Below, piece by piece: positions 62,340-64,000 of a stretch of 64,000 nucleotides of DNA. How positions within the stretch are numbered: the stretch's first letter is position 1; every line of letters starts with the position of its first letter. A program made the translations under genes and the position numbers. The notes under the pieces are model-generated. The model had not been told where the DNA came from. It saw only the letters and a program-made list of their open reading frames with translations, and made no database searches. The stretch is from an uncultured Sphingomonadales bacterium (GTDB lineage Bacteria > Pseudomonadota > Alphaproteobacteria > Sphingomonadales > CAKZYD01), in NCBI GenBank assembly GCA_964590595.1, contig CAZPXQ010000001.1, forward strand, positions 198,410 through 262,409, given 5' to 3'.

Positions 62340-62801
62340 GTGGCGCGGCCGTTTTTGGTGATCGCGGTTGGTCGCCTCGGGCAAGGGCCGGAAGCGCAAT
62401 TATGCCGGCAATATGCCAAGCGTATTGTGCCGGCGCCGGAATTGGTCGAAATCGACGACCGTGGCCGTGCCGGCGGCTCTGCGGCCGTGGCATGGCAAGC
62501 CGACCAGATCCTTGGAAAACTGACGCCCGAGACCTATGTTTGGGCACTAGATGAAATTGGCACACCGTTTGGCAGTGCAGAATTCGCGCAACAGATTGGC
62601 GCGGCGCGTGATCAAGGCCGGCCGATGGCTTTCGTCATTGGCGGCGCGGATGGACTGGATCAGCGGGTGCGTCAGCGGGCCAATAAATTACTTGCGTTTG
62701 GCCGCGCGACCTGGCCACACAAGCTGGTGCGGGCGATGTTGCTGGAACAGCTTTACCGCGCCAATATGATTTTGGCGGGCCATCCTTATCACCGGGTCTA
62801 G
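62340..62801 (+). CDS. rlmH: 23S rRNA (pseudouridine1915-N3)-methyltransferase RlmH
   Basis: SPOUT-family pattern FVIGGADGL...LSFGRATWPH.. with C-terminal YHR. Follows rsfS as usual. Confidence 0.9.
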   Translation: MARPFLVIAVGRLGQGPEAQLCRQYAKRIVPAPELVEIDDRGRAGGSAAVAWQADQILGKLTPETYVWALDEIGTPFGSAEFAQQIGAARDQGRPMAFVIGGADGLDQRVRQRANKLLAFGRATWPHKLVRAMLLEQLYRANMILAGHPYHRV

Positions 62802-62834
62802 GCCAGGAACGGCGAAACGATTGGGCAATTGACG

Positions 62835-64000
62835 ATGAGCATCACCAAGCGCCTTGGTCTTGTCGTGAGTCTGCTGCTGGTGCCACTGGCTGGCGCGCCG
62901 ATGCGCGCGGCGGCGGATCAGGAAGAAGAACGGCTGCAAGCGGTGCGGCGATCGTTGGCCGAGGCGGAGGCTGAACAAGCCAAGCTGGCGCGCGAGGCAG
63001 CGGTGTTGGCGCAAGAGATTGCGGCCTTGACCGACAAAATGGTGAAGCTGGCGCAAGAGCTGCAAAATCGCGAGGCGCGGCTGACCCGCATTGAAATGGA
63101 GATCGAAACCTTGACCCAGCAGCGCCAAAGGCAGGAGGCTACCTTGGCCAAGCGCCGTGGCCAAATGGCGCAAAGCCTGGCGGCGCTGCAGCAGTTGACC
63201 CGGCAGCCGCCGCAATTGCTACTGCTGCGGCCGGCTTCCGCCGTCGATCGCGCCCGCAGCGCCAGCCTATTGGCGCAAGTGCTGCCGGCGCTGGAGGAAG
63301 ACGCCGCCGCCATTCGTTCCGATCTTGAAAGCTTGAATGCGGTGCGCGCGCAATTGGAGACCGAACGTGGCCGCGCGCGCGAGGCGGTGGCGGCGTTGAG
63401 CGCGTCGCGGACCGAGATGGAGTCGCTGCGCCAAGCGCGCGAGGCGCGGCGGCAAACCGTGATCGCGGAAAGCGTGCAGGCTGAAAAACGGCTGGCGGCG
63501 CTGGCCGCGCAAGCCAAGTCGCTGGAAGAGCTGATCGCCAAACTGGAAGCCGAGCGGGCCCGCATCGCGGCGATTCCACGGCCCAAGCTGAAGCCCGAGG
63601 AGCGACCGCTGGCCAGCGCGCCGCCACGGCCGTCGCGGCCATTTTCCGGGGCTCGCGGCGCTTTGCCGCTACCAGCACGCGGCGAATTGGTGCGCGGTTT
63701 TGGCGTTGAGACGGCGGAGGGTCGCTCCAAGGGCATTTCGATCGCGACCCGGATCCAGGCGCAGGTGGTTGCGCCCTATGACGGGCAGGTGGTGTTCGCC
63801 GATGATTTCCGGTCCTATGGCCGTCTCTTGATCATTTCCCATGGCGAGGGATATCATTCCCTGCTTGCTGGCATGGCGCGGATTGACGCCAATGTCGGCC
63901 AATGGGTTCTGGCGGGCGAGCCCGTTGGTCAAATGGGGCCGCGCGGCGCCGACGCGAGCGAGGCACGGCCGGTGCTTTATGTCGAATTGCAGCGTGGCGG
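62835..64000 (+). CDS. EnvC-like murein hydrolase activator / M23 peptidase-domain protein (3' end beyond the window)
   Basis: Not in the ORF track because it is open at the window end. My translation from ATG 62835 gives a signal peptide (MSITKRLGLVVSLLLVPLAGAP), a long coiled-coil (QAKLAREAAVLAQEIAALTDKM...), then an M23/LytM domain (GISIATRIQAQVVAPYDGQVVFADDFRSYGRLLIISHGEGYHSLLAG...LYVELQRG). No stop codons occur to position 64000. Confidence 0.85.
   Translation, partial: MSITKRLGLVVSLLLVPLAGAPMRAAADQEEERLQAVRRSLAEAEAEQAKLAREAAVLAQEIAALTDKMVKLAQELQNREARLTRIEMEIETLTQQRQRQEATLAKRRGQMAQSLAALQQLTRQPPQLLLLRPASAVDRARSASLLAQVLPALEEDAAAIRSDLESLNAVRAQLETERGRAREAVAALSASRTEMESLRQAREARRQTVIAESVQAEKRLAALAAQAKSLEELIAKLEAERARIAAIPRPKLKPEERPLASAPPRPSRPFSGARGALPLPARGELVRGFGVETAEGRSKGISIATRIQAQVVAPYDGQVVFADDFRSYGRLLIISHGEGYHSLLAGMARIDANVGQWVLAGEPVGQMGPRGADASEARPVLYVELQRG

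Overview
This is a high-G+C chromosomal segment. It carries alphaproteobacterial hallmarks: a Ros/MucR regulator, a split pntAA/pntAB/pntB transhydrogenase, NnrS, ribosomal protein L21 with a Lys/Ala-rich C-terminal tail, and rplU-rpmA-obg-proB-proA-nadD-rsfS-rlmH-envC synteny. About 70 protein genes can be supported; I saw no rRNA, tRNA, CRISPR array, transposase or integrase. Core blocks are: rimP-nusA-ylxR-infB (1-3.7 kb); trmB, an XRE regulator, and lnt-corC-ybeY-phoH-miaB (3.9-10.9 kb); plsC-like, fur, mucR, rimI and tsaB (10.9-14.1 kb); pntAA-AB-B (31.9-34.8 kb); metK (51.5 kb); and the rplU-to-envC block (56.9-64 kb). Accessory or less ordinary parts are: (i) a translationally coupled operon downstream of nnrS (17.1-21.1 kb) encoding an AMP/thymidine-phosphorylase-like protein, a PRPP-synthetase-like protein and a beta-CASP metallo-hydrolase, which is my best candidate for an uncharacterised system; (ii) a visibly lower-G+C iron-uptake island (21.1-26.1 kb) with a TonB-dependent receptor, a DUF3649-like protein, a PepSY-TM protein and a DUF3325-like protein, preceded by AT-rich operator-like repeats; (iii) a mixed catabolic cluster (37.5-45.3 kb) with a HisD paralogue, SDRs, an acyl-CoA ligase, a Rieske protein, an ACAD and a LuxR solo; (iv) an oxygen-sensing neighbourhood (47-50 kb) with a PAS-only protein, a soluble globin-coupled chemoreceptor and an FNR-type regulator; (v) a small low-G+C insertion holding an orphan antitoxin-like HTH gene (54.3-54.9 kb). 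Many long ORFs in the track are antisense shadow ORFs typical of high-G+C DNA and were rejected. All family assignments rest on motifs I recognise by eye, and no database search was run.
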